Below are positions 9,829 through 20,609 of a DNA stretch of 32,139 nucleotides, in pieces. Every line of letters begins with the position of its first letter. Position 1 is the first letter of the stretch. The stretch is taken from positions 1 through 32,139 of the forward strand of contig NKIB01000529.1 of the NCBI GenBank assembly GCA_002256025.1, read 5' to 3'. The translations under genes and the position numbers were made by a program. This DNA comes from Asterionella formosa (Eukaryota). The notes under the pieces are model-generated. The model saw only the letters and a program-made list of their open reading frames with translations. It was not told the origin of the DNA and searched no databases.

Positions 9829-10854
9829 ATGAACGCAACAAGGCGCTGCATGTTCGCAAGTCAAGCACTTCCATTTATGGAACCCTTGCACATATTGGGA
9901 AGCGGATCTATTGGCTTGTTGTTTGCATCGTGCATTCGAATAAGTTTCCCGAGTTATCCCATAACAATGCTAGTCAGGCAGCGGCACGAGTCTCACTTGC
10001 AGAAAGAAGGTCGCAGTAAGTCATACATGGAAGTATGTCTCATGACCCAGAAACAACCGAGAATGGTCCGTATTCCTGCTCAGATTGTTTCTGGAGCGTC
10101 CACCTCCAGCATTCGGCACCTGCTCTTGACAACCAAGGCACAGGATGCTCCAGCGGCCCTGCAATCCATCCTCCATCTACTCGACAAGAAGTCGTCAAGA
10201 ATAATTATTCTTTGCAATGGAGCTCTAGCAGTCAAGGACGAAGTTGCTCAGGTTTTGCGAAAGGCATCTCTCGAGAGAACAACTAGGATCACTTTGGCAT
10301 CAACCTATCATGGAGCATATCTACATGAGCCTGACGGGGATGATTTATATCACATAACACATGCGGGTGTCGGGAAGACTTTTGTAGAAGAAGACATTCC
10401 ATTGGCTCAACTATGGGACCAATCTAGTTTAGTGGCCACGTCGATATCTTCCAATGAAATGTCAACACTGTTATGGCAAAAGCTTGCTGCAAACTGCGTG
10501 ATTAATCCTCTAACAGCCCTCTTGGGGTGCCGGAATGGGGCCATTCTGGACCAGGAAGTGTACATCAAATTGGCGCCTTGTATTATTCAAGAGATATCGC
10601 ATGTAGCAAGTCATGTGTATGGCGGCACACAAGTTCAACTGCAGCCAGACATCTTGGCAACATTTGTCGACCAAGTCATTCAGGGCACACTCGACAACAA
10701 GTCGTCCATGTACCAAGATATTTTGAGAAAGCAACCAACAGAAATAGACTTTCTAAATGGATATATTGTGCGGCTAGGAAAGGAGGGGAACATTCCAACG
10801 CCAGCAAATCAAGAGATATGCGACAGCATATTTGCTCTTACTGCAAACAGATAA
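9829..10854 (+). CDS. panE: 2-dehydropantoate 2-reductase (ketopantoate reductase, ApbA/PanE family), intronless, 341 aa
   Basis: Rossmann motif HILGSGSIG, LLTTKA, ILCNG, LWQKLAANCVINPLTALLGCRNG, NKSSMYQD, TEIDFLNGYIV, GNIPTPAN. Short N-terminal extension may be a transit peptide. Confidence 0.95.
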   Translation: MNATRRCMFASQALPFMEPLHILGSGSIGLLFASCIRISFPSYPITMLVRQRHESHLQKEGRSKSYMEVCLMTQKQPRMVRIPAQIVSGASTSSIRHLLLTTKAQDAPAALQSILHLLDKKSSRIIILCNGALAVKDEVAQVLRKASLERTTRITLASTYHGAYLHEPDGDDLYHITHAGVGKTFVEEDIPLAQLWDQSSLVATSISSNEMSTLLWQKLAANCVINPLTALLGCRNGAILDQEVYIKLAPCIIQEISHVASHVYGGTQVQLQPDILATFVDQVIQGTLDNKSSMYQDILRKQPTEIDFLNGYIVRLGKEGNIPTPANQEICDSIFALTANR

Positions 10855-11331
10855 TTTTGTAGTAAACTGACTAATGATTCTTCAAAGTAAGGAATGGTTA
10901 GAATTAACATTCAGTATCTCGCAATAGTGTAACGTACTCTACAAACGAACAAATTCTTCAAAATAATAAAATTGGCTTCATGGCAAAAACAATAATGTGA
11001 ACCAATCTATTTCATGTCATGATATCATTCTCGAAGGTTATTTATTTCTTGAACTTTCACCTGACGACGGTGGCGGCGTTGTGCCCATGGTTTCTATCTT
11101 CCCGTATGTTTCCATACCACAAGATAAAGTGATGACGCGGCCAAAAGTACGGCGACGAACCACCACCGGCTCTACGAACCGACCCTGATGCACCTCCAAC
11201 GCTACTTGCAATAGACGCGACCGTGCCAGCTAACAATCCAACTCAACAAGCTTCCTCGACAATGACTCCTGCTCCAGAAACAGACAACGCCCCCATGTGT
11301 GCGTGTATATGTAATCCAAGAAAATGGTCAT

Positions 11332-12980
11332 TTAAAAGCCAAATGCACCAACACCATCGCGTTGCTCCTTCAAGAATGCTTCGTAAAATTGGTAAATGAT
11401 GGTAACGGATAGCAAGATACCAGTTCCGGTACCAATGGCCCCCATAAAATCGGCAATCACCGTCAATGCCCCAATGCACATACCACCAAAGGCAGCGGCA
11501 GTAGGAATGTAACGGTTCAAGACATGAATCAACGATGAGTCGCGGTGCCCCTTCATGACCATTTGGTTGTCGCGGAGTTGCTTGGCAACATCTCGAGCTG
11601 AGGCTCCCGATACTTCAATCCATGTTTTGGAAAAGAGCGCGCATGCCGTCAAGATAAAGACCAAGTAAAAGACCGCGTGGAATGGATCGTATAGAATTTC
11701 GGCAAAAGAGGTCGGTGGAGAAATGTAATAAGCGATTCCCCCAACAGGAATCATTTGTCCAGTCGCTCCCTCGACATCTTGCCACTTGCCCAAGAGGCGC
11801 ACCAAAATGTTGGTTGGTGCGCGGTTGTACAGCAGCTGCGAGACAAAGTAGAGGTTGGACACCAATGCCGTTTGAAGGATAATGGGCATATTGGAAGTGT
11901 AGAAAAGCTTGATTGGGTAATTTCCCTGCTGTCCACGGTACTTTTGGTACTTGACAGGCAGGTCGACGCGCCATCCTTGGAAGTAAATGACAATGACAAA
12001 GATCAAGACCGTTGCCATGAGGTTGGTCAAGTTGGGAAGGTTCTGTCGGTATAGGGCTTCTCTCAGCGCGCGCACCTTGTCATTACGTGTGATGAGGAGG
12101 TGGAAGAGAGCGATGATGGCCCCTTCGAACTCCGTTCCTCTTCCAGTGTTGATGGTGGTCGGGCTAAATGCCTTCCACACAATGTTTTCACAAATGTTGG
12201 TTGCGATGAAAAGGGAAATGCCCGATCCAAGCCCGTATCCCTTCTGTAGGAGCTCATCGAGCGTCAAAACGATGAGTCCGGCGCAGAATAGCTGCGCAAT
12301 GATGAGAATAGCGTTACCCGCTCCGATGGAACCAAGATCACCGTACATTCCACTGACGACGTAAGCAATGGCTTCTCCGACAGTGATCAAGATGCCAAAC
12401 AGTTTCTGTGCCCCGGAAAAGAGTGCGCGGTCTTCCTTGACGTTGTAGTCTACTTCAATGATTCTGGACCCAGCGAGCAGCTGCATGACCAGCCCAGATG
12501 TGACGATGGGAGAGATCCCAAGCTCCATGAGAGTGCCGCGGTTGGAGGCCAAGATAACTCGCATCCAGTAAAACGGGTCAGAGGACTTCGCCGACTGAAC
12601 TCCGTAAAGGGGGATCTGGCAGCAGACCAAGAAGATGAACAGCGTAATGGTGGTCCAGAGGAGCTTCTCGCGGAACGGGATCTGGTCATGGCAGAGGGTG
12701 AGTTACCGTTATAATAGTAGCAAAGTCATTCCAACTCGAGTCAGTCCCGAGCCACGAAGTGCAATACCACAACCCTAGTAGATACGCACAACCCTAGCAA
12801 GGATCCTGCGGCTCTCGTGCACCGATCGGGCGTTGTCAACGTGGAGGTATGCACCATGATTCCTAGACTACGGCATCCACTGTCTCTTTCTCGTTCTAGT
12901 GAACAACATACCTTGCGGTCAGGGCTCGCCACCTCTGGGAGGGCGAACATCACCGGACGGATCAGATGAAGAAATCTCAT
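11332..12980 (-). CDS. SEC61A: Protein transport protein Sec61 subunit alpha, 472 aa
   Basis: Exon 1 12980-12912 ([23 protein letters not shown]), GT-AG intron 12911-12682, exon 2 12681-11332. Hallmarks [86 protein letters not shown]. Confidence 0.98.
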
Positions 12981-13022
12981 TGCTGCGTGCTCGTTTTGCT
13001 TTTTTTATGGCAGAGGCGAAAG

Positions 13023-13710
13023 CACCGGGTACCGGTACCGGTATGCTGTAGTGTGAACCTGGTACCTGGTACCAGGGTCCCGATAGTTCGATATTGAATT
13101 ATAGTACCAGGTACCTGGTACCGTGTACCGGTAAGAAAGGAACCAATAAATGCCATTCAGAGTCGTGAACCGTTTGAATTGAAGACTTTCAGTACGTATG
13201 TGCTGTACATTAGCAAAAAGGCGCTTTCATGCGCATGGCAAAACATGCGGGCCTCTTAGAACATATGTATTGTAGGAATCGTACTGGTAACCGGAGTATA
13301 ACCAGTACCAGGTACTGGTACCAGCGTACCGGTACTTCAAGCTATTTTAAGGACCGGTACTGCAGTACATGTGCTATATATGTTATGTAGAAGGCATCGG
13401 TGCGCATCAGCCACCATGCCACTCGGGAGTATGCCAAGGGAGTACAGGTATGGTGCTGGTACCGGAAAAAACAATCATGCTGCTTCACCAAAATTTGAAT
13501 TCTTGTCACGAATGATGTGCTCAGAAGCTAGTAAGTAAGTATTGGCATCTGGTCTCCTGGTACCAGGTACTGTACTATTCGTAAGGGTACCTGGTACCAT
13601 GGTACCAGGTACTGGCATTACTAGGCATGTATGCCAGGACGACTGTGCGTATGTATGTACCGGCACGACACCAGATGTGGTCATACAAGTATAGTACCGG
13701 TATGTACGCT
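13023..13710. repeat. Dense GGTACC/ACCGGT/CCWGG palindrome-rich region between divergent SEC61A and CCCH genes
   Basis: For example ggtaccggtaccggt (13028-13042), cctggtacctggtaccagg, gtaccaggtacctggtacc, ggtacctggtaccatggtaccaggtac (~13586-13612). Confidence 0.85.
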
Positions 13711-13863
13711 ACGTAGCTGTAATGTCACACCCGAGGAATCAAGAACACCGAATTGCCGTTGACCATGAGCCTCGCAGCCAAGGGTTCATTCGTATCAATA
13801 GACACAACCACGACGAGTAATTTCGATTTGATTTTTCAAGCACCGTTATAGCGATTCAGACCA

Positions 13864-15114
13864 ATGATAAGGACCGAAATGAGCACGCACAGATTAAATC
13901 ATCAGTACTCGAAACGACCGTTCATTCGTTCTCCAAAAGGACAAGGAGGAGCTCATAAATGGGTTCGCTCAACGACAGCAGATGAAGCAGCAGCAACAAA
14001 CGATCGTCAGACCGTTCTAGGGGGGCCAAGGCTGCAATACAATCCTCCCAAGACGTCATGGAAACGGCAGAAAACGAACTCTGCTACTACTACTATTGAA
14101 ATCACGGGTACTGATGTACATTCGAAACAAATAGATTCCCGTCAAGATTCTACGCCAATTCACCCCGCCGCCGACGACACACAGAACGGTTCAGACATTG
14201 AGTCTATCAGTACTAGTCCTAAATGTACCATTGGTACTACTTTTGTTAGTCCTAGCTCCAACGCGGCAATACAAGAACCACTCCGAAAAGTTGGGAGTCA
14301 TAAGCTCGTAATAATGAGACAGCAAACTTCAGCCAAGGAAGAACATTCAGTACAAAATGATGTACTACTGCACCAAGATGAAGCATCCTTGAAGGAGCGA
14401 ATTTTAATGAAAATGAAAAAATGTGGCAGACACAAATTGATTCTTGCACAGATAGGCAAGACCGCAAACAACGAAAACAAATCCAAACGCCAGAGCAGAA
14501 CATTGCCAGCATTGTCGCCAGTTGCATCACTTCCGGACAATCTGCTAAAGCGAAGTCGCAACAAATTAGTCACCAAACAACATCTGACTCAGGTTATGTC
14601 AAAATTACAGTCGAATCGACGGCAAGGTCCAGTGGCCAAGCGTATCAAGCTTTTGAATGGAACGGATGACCCAGTCGGTGGGAGATTGGAACCAGCAGAA
14701 GTATCGTCCAATGCACCTAAGGACAAGTTGACAGACTTTGCATATCGACACACCACGAAAAAGGTATCTGCGCGGATGGGTTTGGTTCGAGTGCGTCCTG
14801 ATGCCGACACAACTCCCATTTGTCCGACTTTTATGCGAGGTATTTCGTGCTCAAATGCGAGTTGCACCAAACGACACGATGTTCCGCGTTCTGCAGCCAC
14901 GCCTATTTGTTCCTTCTTTCAGCATCAAGGCCAATGCTATAAGGGTACTTTCTGCCCGTTTCGTCATGTCAAGGTAAGTTCACAAGCGATGGCATGTCCG
15001 AGTTTTAGTTTGTTGGGATTTTGTGAGGATAAAAACTGCAAAATGAAGCATCTGAGACAAGAAAAACCAAAATCGTGTCGTAAAGCTGACGGAGACAGTC
15101 TACTGAATGGCTGA
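13864..15114 (+). CDS. CCCH zinc-finger protein, ZC3H3-like, 416 aa
   Basis: Long basic, low-complexity N-terminus, then three C-terminal CCCH fingers: CPTFMRGISCSNASCTKRH, CSFFQHQGQCYKGTFCPFRH, CPSFSLLGFCEDKNCKMKH. Linker HVKVSSQAMAC resembles the ZC3H3/Red5-type finger array. Confidence 0.8.
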   Translation: MIRTEMSTHRLNHQYSKRPFIRSPKGQGGAHKWVRSTTADEAAATNDRQTVLGGPRLQYNPPKTSWKRQKTNSATTTIEITGTDVHSKQIDSRQDSTPIHPAADDTQNGSDIESISTSPKCTIGTTFVSPSSNAAIQEPLRKVGSHKLVIMRQQTSAKEEHSVQNDVLLHQDEASLKERILMKMKKCGRHKLILAQIGKTANNENKSKRQSRTLPALSPVASLPDNLLKRSRNKLVTKQHLTQVMSKLQSNRRQGPVAKRIKLLNGTDDPVGGRLEPAEVSSNAPKDKLTDFAYRHTTKKVSARMGLVRVRPDADTTPICPTFMRGISCSNASCTKRHDVPRSAATPICSFFQHQGQCYKGTFCPFRHVKVSSQAMACPSFSLLGFCEDKNCKMKHLRQEKPKSCRKADGDSLLNG

Positions 15115-15277
15115 AGTAAACTATCTATAACGATGCATTGCACTAAAACTATGGTGAGGAAATAAGCAGCACGAGAATGAACCCAGTAACTCGTTTATTA
15201 GAATAAAAATTGTGATTATCAGGTAGCAAACGATAGCTTAAAGCGACCAGCATCAAGAACAACACGCAAATTCGTGG

Positions 15278-16372
15278 TCATAGGAGTGACACTGCGGACA
15301 TATTAATTGGACTTGTTAAGAAAGAATCACTATTGGCCGAAGAAAGGGACGATGAACCTCCGTGAAGGGGAACGAAATCTCCGAGTTCCAAGTATTCCGC
15401 CCGCAAGGCACCGGCAAAAAAGTCGTTTAGGCAAAAGTGAATCAGAGGCACTTCCAAGACAATTAACACCAACAGAGATCCAATGGCAAACCACCCAATA
15501 CTTTTTTGGCGCTCATCGTCCATGTCAATTACGGCTTTTGATGCCAGTCCTGTTAAAAAGGCGACCAATACAACAAAAACGCTTATCAAAATCAAAGTGG
15601 TTAATCGAGATTGGAAGCTGCAAGCCCTTTCGACGCTGTTCTTTGGATATGCACTCCGAACATAACCAGGAAGCACCAACAGTTCAATATAATGGTGTTC
15701 AGGAACGAACAGATTTTCTGAAAGACTCCCTTGCTGTCCGGGGATGAACGCGTCCGGAAAATCAGAGGTCATGGTGAGGCACATTTGAGAGCTGTCATTG
15801 AGGAGGTAGAAGTTGTTCTCATCAGAAGGACTAGCACCTCCCTCCACCTCCACCTCGATCCTGATCGTTCCAATCCTGACTGGTTCAATAAAGTCAACCT
15901 GACTAACCTTGACTTGCTTTCTTATTCTTACCGCATAGTCTTTGGTCATGTTCCTGTTGTACTCGACAAAGGCAATAAATGCCGGCTTTGCCTTGGCCTT
16001 TGAACAACATTCTACTTGTCCACCACCACGGACAACTGCAGCAGTCATGACGTTGCCTCGAACGACTTCGCCTTCATCTCGATATCGTCGCATCAACGCA
16101 TCTTCATGCACGGAAAACGATAAAATCCCTGTTCCCAATAGCGTAATGCAGTAGCCGAACATCAGCGACAGTGATAGCAACATGTACCATTCATCGGCAG
16201 CGACTGTAGATGTTCCTTGATAGGAGGCATCGTCAGATGCGCCTCCTTCGGCAACATCATTATTTGCATCGGCAGCCTCGACAGTTATGGAACATAGTAA
16301 TGAACTGAAATAGAAGAGGCTCAAATGAAAAGTTATCGAAGGTATATGAAGGTTTAAAAACCGAAGCCTCAT
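15278..16372 (-). CDS. Uncharacterised membrane protein (signal peptide, 3 predicted TM helices), 364 aa
   Basis: First ATG at 16372 (the ORF-track start is TTG). Hydrophobic leader ending TVEA; TM WYMLLSLSLMFGYCITLLGTGIL; beta-rich loop ending ELLVLPGYVRSAYP; two further TM helices. Confidence 0.7.
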   Translation of the reverse strand: MRLRFLNLHIPSITFHLSLFYFSSLLCSITVEAADANNDVAEGGASDDASYQGTSTVAADEWYMLLSLSLMFGYCITLLGTGILSFSVHEDALMRRYRDEGEVVRGNVMTAAVVRGGGQVECCSKAKAKPAFIAFVEYNRNMTKDYAVRIRKQVKVSQVDFIEPVRIGTIRIEVEVEGGASPSDENNFYLLNDSSQMCLTMTSDFPDAFIPGQQGSLSENLFVPEHHYIELLVLPGYVRSAYPKNSVERACSFQSRLTTLILISVFVVLVAFLTGLASKAVIDMDDERQKSIGWFAIGSLLVLIVLEVPLIHFCLNDFFAGALRAEYLELGDFVPLHGGSSSLSSANSDSFLTSPINMSAVSLL

Positions 16373-16964
16373 GATGGTTCTCCTATCAATTTTGTATCTG
16401 TGTATTATGAAGAGACTTTCACTGTACAGAGTAGGTCCTACATACAAAAATGTTGCTGGGGACCATTATTACATCAACCGGCTTTGTTACGAGATTTGGC
16501 GTTTCGTTTGTCGCGAAAAGGCAGTTCCATGTTTCCTCTTTCCCTCGCAGACCCGGAAAGGCTGTTGACGCTTCGTGCCTTTCGGTGAATTGGTGAGAAC
16601 GATCGGGCCCGCCTTAACTCCCATTCATGCTTGCCAGCGGGAAACTCGTCGTTGATATGAACGCAGTGCACCGGTCTATGTAATTACGGTTACGCCGGTA
16701 CATCAGCCTCCGGGTGGGATAACTTTGATTGGGGGAACCATACTTATCATATGAGAACAACGCAAAATCGTACATGTCTACAATACCGATAGAATTTGAT
16801 ATGGCTAATTTAATCAACTTCATTCGTCCATCGGACGTTTTCTTGTTGATGTCAAATTTATACAAACTTGAAGAAACGATCTGTATAAACATTCCGAAAC
16901 TACATAGAAGGATGTCAACGGTATGCTACTGTATGTAGTGGTGTGTATGGCTACGAAGTATCAT

Positions 16965-17095
16965 ACCGGTACTCAGGGTATGGTACCAGGTACCAGGTAC
17001 CCGAGCTGGCCCTCGTAGGCACTACCGGAGTATTTAAAAGGATTTACTACACAAGCAGCCATTTTGTGTTTCTAACATTTGGTGTACCGGTAGGC
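16965..17095. repeat. GGTACC(A/T) cluster at the border between genic and CpG-poor DNA
   Basis: tggtaccaggtaccaggtacc at 16981-17001, with accggt motifs on either side. Confidence 0.75.
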
Positions 17096-17802
17096 TAGAC
17101 GAAAAAGGCAATAGAAAAATCATTTCAAAAAGAATCCTAAATTGTTTTTGTGTTTAAATAGCTAAAAAGAATATAGTTTGATAATGCCAATCGAGCGATG
17201 CGAAATGAGGGGTCAATCTGTTACATCATTTCAGCTGAATGTTTTCTTCAGCTGAAATGGTATGAGCATGTCAAATTGTCTTTGTTCTTTAAATTGAATT
17301 AGCTCTTCGGTATATATAAAGTTCTGATGCAGGCTACATGATTCATCTTATGTAATTTATATTTCACCCAAAACCACTTCCCTCTCTCAAAACTTAGATT
17401 TATTTAGATACGATGATGAGCAAGGATGAGTGAGTTAGCAATAGCAATCTGTTCAATGCTTACTTGCAGCCCAATGTAGCTAATTGAAGTGAATCTTTGA
17501 TAGAAGTTGATGCACAACCAAATCTATTGATTGTTCGCAGTCATTCATCTTGCACTTAAACCAGAAAAGCTCCTCTGATTCGAAATGAGTTCTTTGAAGA
17601 CAAATCACAATAAAGACAGAAATAATGAAGATTATGTGTTCCGTGAACTTTCATACAGTTCTTCATCTTCATCTAATGATGGCAAAGCCACTGTCAGCAG
17701 TTATGGTGCATGTAGAATGAGAGACTCCTTTTGCATGCATGACAACGCTATAGCTTTTGGGATACATAACGGAAATGCAACAACAGGAACAACTCCAATT
17801 AC

Positions 17803-18120
17803 GAAAACTGAAACAAAGGGTGCAAAGAAGGACACAACAGGAACGATAAGTGTGAATGTGCAAACTGGAACAACGACTACAAAGAATGAAAATAAGAAAT
17901 CAGGAATGACTCCAAATGTTGAAGCCAAAACAATGACTGCAAAAAGGATACAACAGGAGCAATGATTTCAAATGTACAAACTGGAACAACGAGGACTGCA
18001 AAGAAGGAAACAACATGACCAATGAGTTCAAATACGCAAACCAGAACAACGACTGCAAGGAAGGACACAACAAATCAATTAATGCAAATATGCAAACCAG
18101 AACAATGAATGCAACAACAG
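17803..18120 (+). repeat. Degenerate ~57-bp tandem repeat (~5.5 copies) within a frameshifted Thr/Lys-rich ORF relic
   Basis: Units start at about 17803, 17861, 17921, 17977, 18037 and 18093; approximate consensus caaactggaacaacgactgcaaagaaggacacaacagga...aaatgtg, translating as QTGTTTAKKDTTG...NV. Confidence 0.75.
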
Positions 18121-19439
18121 GTATGACAATAACAAGAGGAATCAAAAATAATACAACAGGAATAACAGTAGGAATCAAAAATGCTAAAACCAGAAAAACG
18201 AAAACGACTATAAGAGCGACAACAGGAACAACAAAAACAAGATCATGTGACATAACCAATGAGAAATACAATAAAGTTGTGTAAATAATTGAAAACTGGA
18301 ATGATCCAGAGATATGGCGACAATATTGTTATTTATGGTTATTTGGTTGTGAAAAAGTATATAATGGCTGAGATCAAAAAAGATGTGGATGGCAATCTTT
18401 TATAAAGTCTCTATGTTATCAGGACAGACAGCAAGATTTTGATTGGATATCCACATATCTTCCACAGAGCCAATAGTTCTGAGTTTACATCTGAATAAAT
18501 TGTGGGAATGATGAAAACAAGGTGAAATCAAAAAGTAATGGCAGTCACTGGTACGACATGAAAGCCCAATAATCAGGAACAATTGAAACCATCAACAGGC
18601 TCCTTGTGAAAGTTGTGATTAACAGTGGTGTACTTTCAATTGGACTTCAAAACATCTGTCCCACCAACTGGACCAAATACCTTAGGGAAGTGAATTAAAT
18701 TCTGAACCGACAATTTGGTCCGGAAAAACTGATGTTTCTGCATATGAAATCGATTCTGGGATTGATTTTGATCCAATTATGCCAGACACCTGGGACAGCA
18801 TCTGCAAGTGCACAACCATCTAAGAGCGCATGGATTTGGCAGCTAGTAGTAGATTCCACTGTTGTGTAATCCATATAGGACTTGAACAAACCATAATCCC
18901 AATAACCCTGATGACTCGCTCTGAATCCATGTACTTGACATTGTCACAGGTTGACAAACATCTAAGACGCCGTTTACAGCACTTTTTAAATTTTGTGTTT
19001 ACAGTGATGTGTTTATGTTCCTTTTTTCGGAATTTATTTGGGCTAATTCCAAATTTATGTGTTCTATATACAAAATTTATTTAATATAGAATAATTTTGT
19101 GATCACACCAATAAACATGTGTGGTTGTGACATTTTATATTGACCAACTAGCCATAGCGACAGTATAATAGCGAAATTATGCTGCTTCACGGTATTGTTA
19201 TGCTGGTTTCACCATACAATGAAACAAAGAGTCACCAATTCCGATTCAAGTTTTTCCCGCTCTGAAATATTTCTTTGACCTCAATTTCCAAAGAACAACA
19301 TATGTAAGAGGAAGATTCACACAGTATAATTAAGCAGACGTACCTAGCTAGTACCAGGTAGACACCTTTTAGCATATTGTTGTGTCATTGTTGATTGTAG
19401 AGTTTTCAATAGCCAGCGACATAAGTTATAAAACATCAT

Positions 19440-20070
19440 TGAGCCTTGCATGTCACCATAGTGACCCAAAACTGAGATGTCCCACAAGGGCCTTCTCCTT
19501 TTCGGAGCGGCTAAACAAAGTCTAAAACAATAACTCATGAGAATATATTTAAAGGAGCAAAGGACAAGGAGTGTGTGGTTAATCGAATTTGTAAATTTGT
19601 TTAGACATAGTTGCTGTTGCATCAAAGCATGTTGCTGCAGTGATTCGAAATGAGACATGCCACAATGGTCTTCTCCTTTTCGGGGCGCCTACAATTCATC
19701 TACAATGATAACTCTAGCAACTAAGATATAGTAAACACAGCAAAGGATGAGGAGATGTGGTAGATCGAATTTATAAAGTTCAATAATGATAGCTGTTGCA
19801 TATATTAGCATTCATTGCATGTCGCCATGATACACTCGAAACTGGTATGTACCACAATGGTCTTCTTCATTTTGGAGTGTCCACAAATTGTCTTCAATGA
19901 TAACTCTAGCAAGTAAGATAGAGTAAATGCAGCAAACAAGGAAGAGGAGCTATGATTGATCAAATTTATGAAGTTCTACAGAAAAAGCTGTTGACCCAAA
20001 TATTAGCATTCATCGCATGTCACCGTAGTCAGTCGAAATGAGAAGTGCCGCCCACTATGAACTTCTCTAA
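19440..20070. repeat. Degenerate tandem repeat, unit ~180-200 bp, ~3.3 copies
   Basis: Anchor ccac(a/t)a.g..cttc at 19482, 19660, 19852 and 20052. The last two full units share caatgataactctagcaa.taagata, tattagcattcat and gcatgtc. Confidence 0.8.
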
Positions 20071-20609
20071 TCTGTTGGCTGTAACCCGTCACAAGTAGTA
20101 CAATGGACCTTGTTTCATTGGCCATTTTGATTCATCTCCATTGATTCTTCATCTAATTTGCTACTCTTGAACATGTAAAAGTCGCTGCAACTTTGTGTAA
20201 ACCTTCTTCTTTGCCACCTTGTATTTCTTCTCACCCTTTGCTGCAACATCCTCGAACTACTTAATCTAACTTTCATCATTCATCTTCCGTTCTTTACTCC
20301 TTTCATCGTTAAACAGTTTTTGGTGTGCAATGTTCTGATCGATTTTTACGGCTAACTACGATGCCAACAGCTAAAACTTCTGAAGCCAACAAAGAACTAA
20401 TATTAAGTCATTTGACACAAGCTGAGCATCTTGTAAATCTTCTCTTTGGTACTGCTGATGATTTTTAGACTACGGCCACTTGATAGACAAACTCAATATC
20501 CTTTTCACATTGTTATGAACCCCAGATAAGCCAAACCCACCATGTTTCTAACTATAGGACAGTATCAGCTACCTACTAACAAATTAATCAAGTCACTACA
20601 TCCGTCTGT

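Noticed and set aside
11615..12689. Several overlapping ORFs on both strands within Sec61 alpha
   Set aside because: Shadow ORFs of a GC-rich, codon-biased gene; no independent motifs.
13023..13710. CRISPR-like array suggested by recurring palindromic motifs
   Set aside because: No constant-length repeat with unique spacers, no cas genes, and the context is eukaryotic.
16552..16584. Hairpin ccggaaaggc...gcctttcgg considered as an ncRNA or terminator
   Set aside because: Single imperfect stem with no family features.
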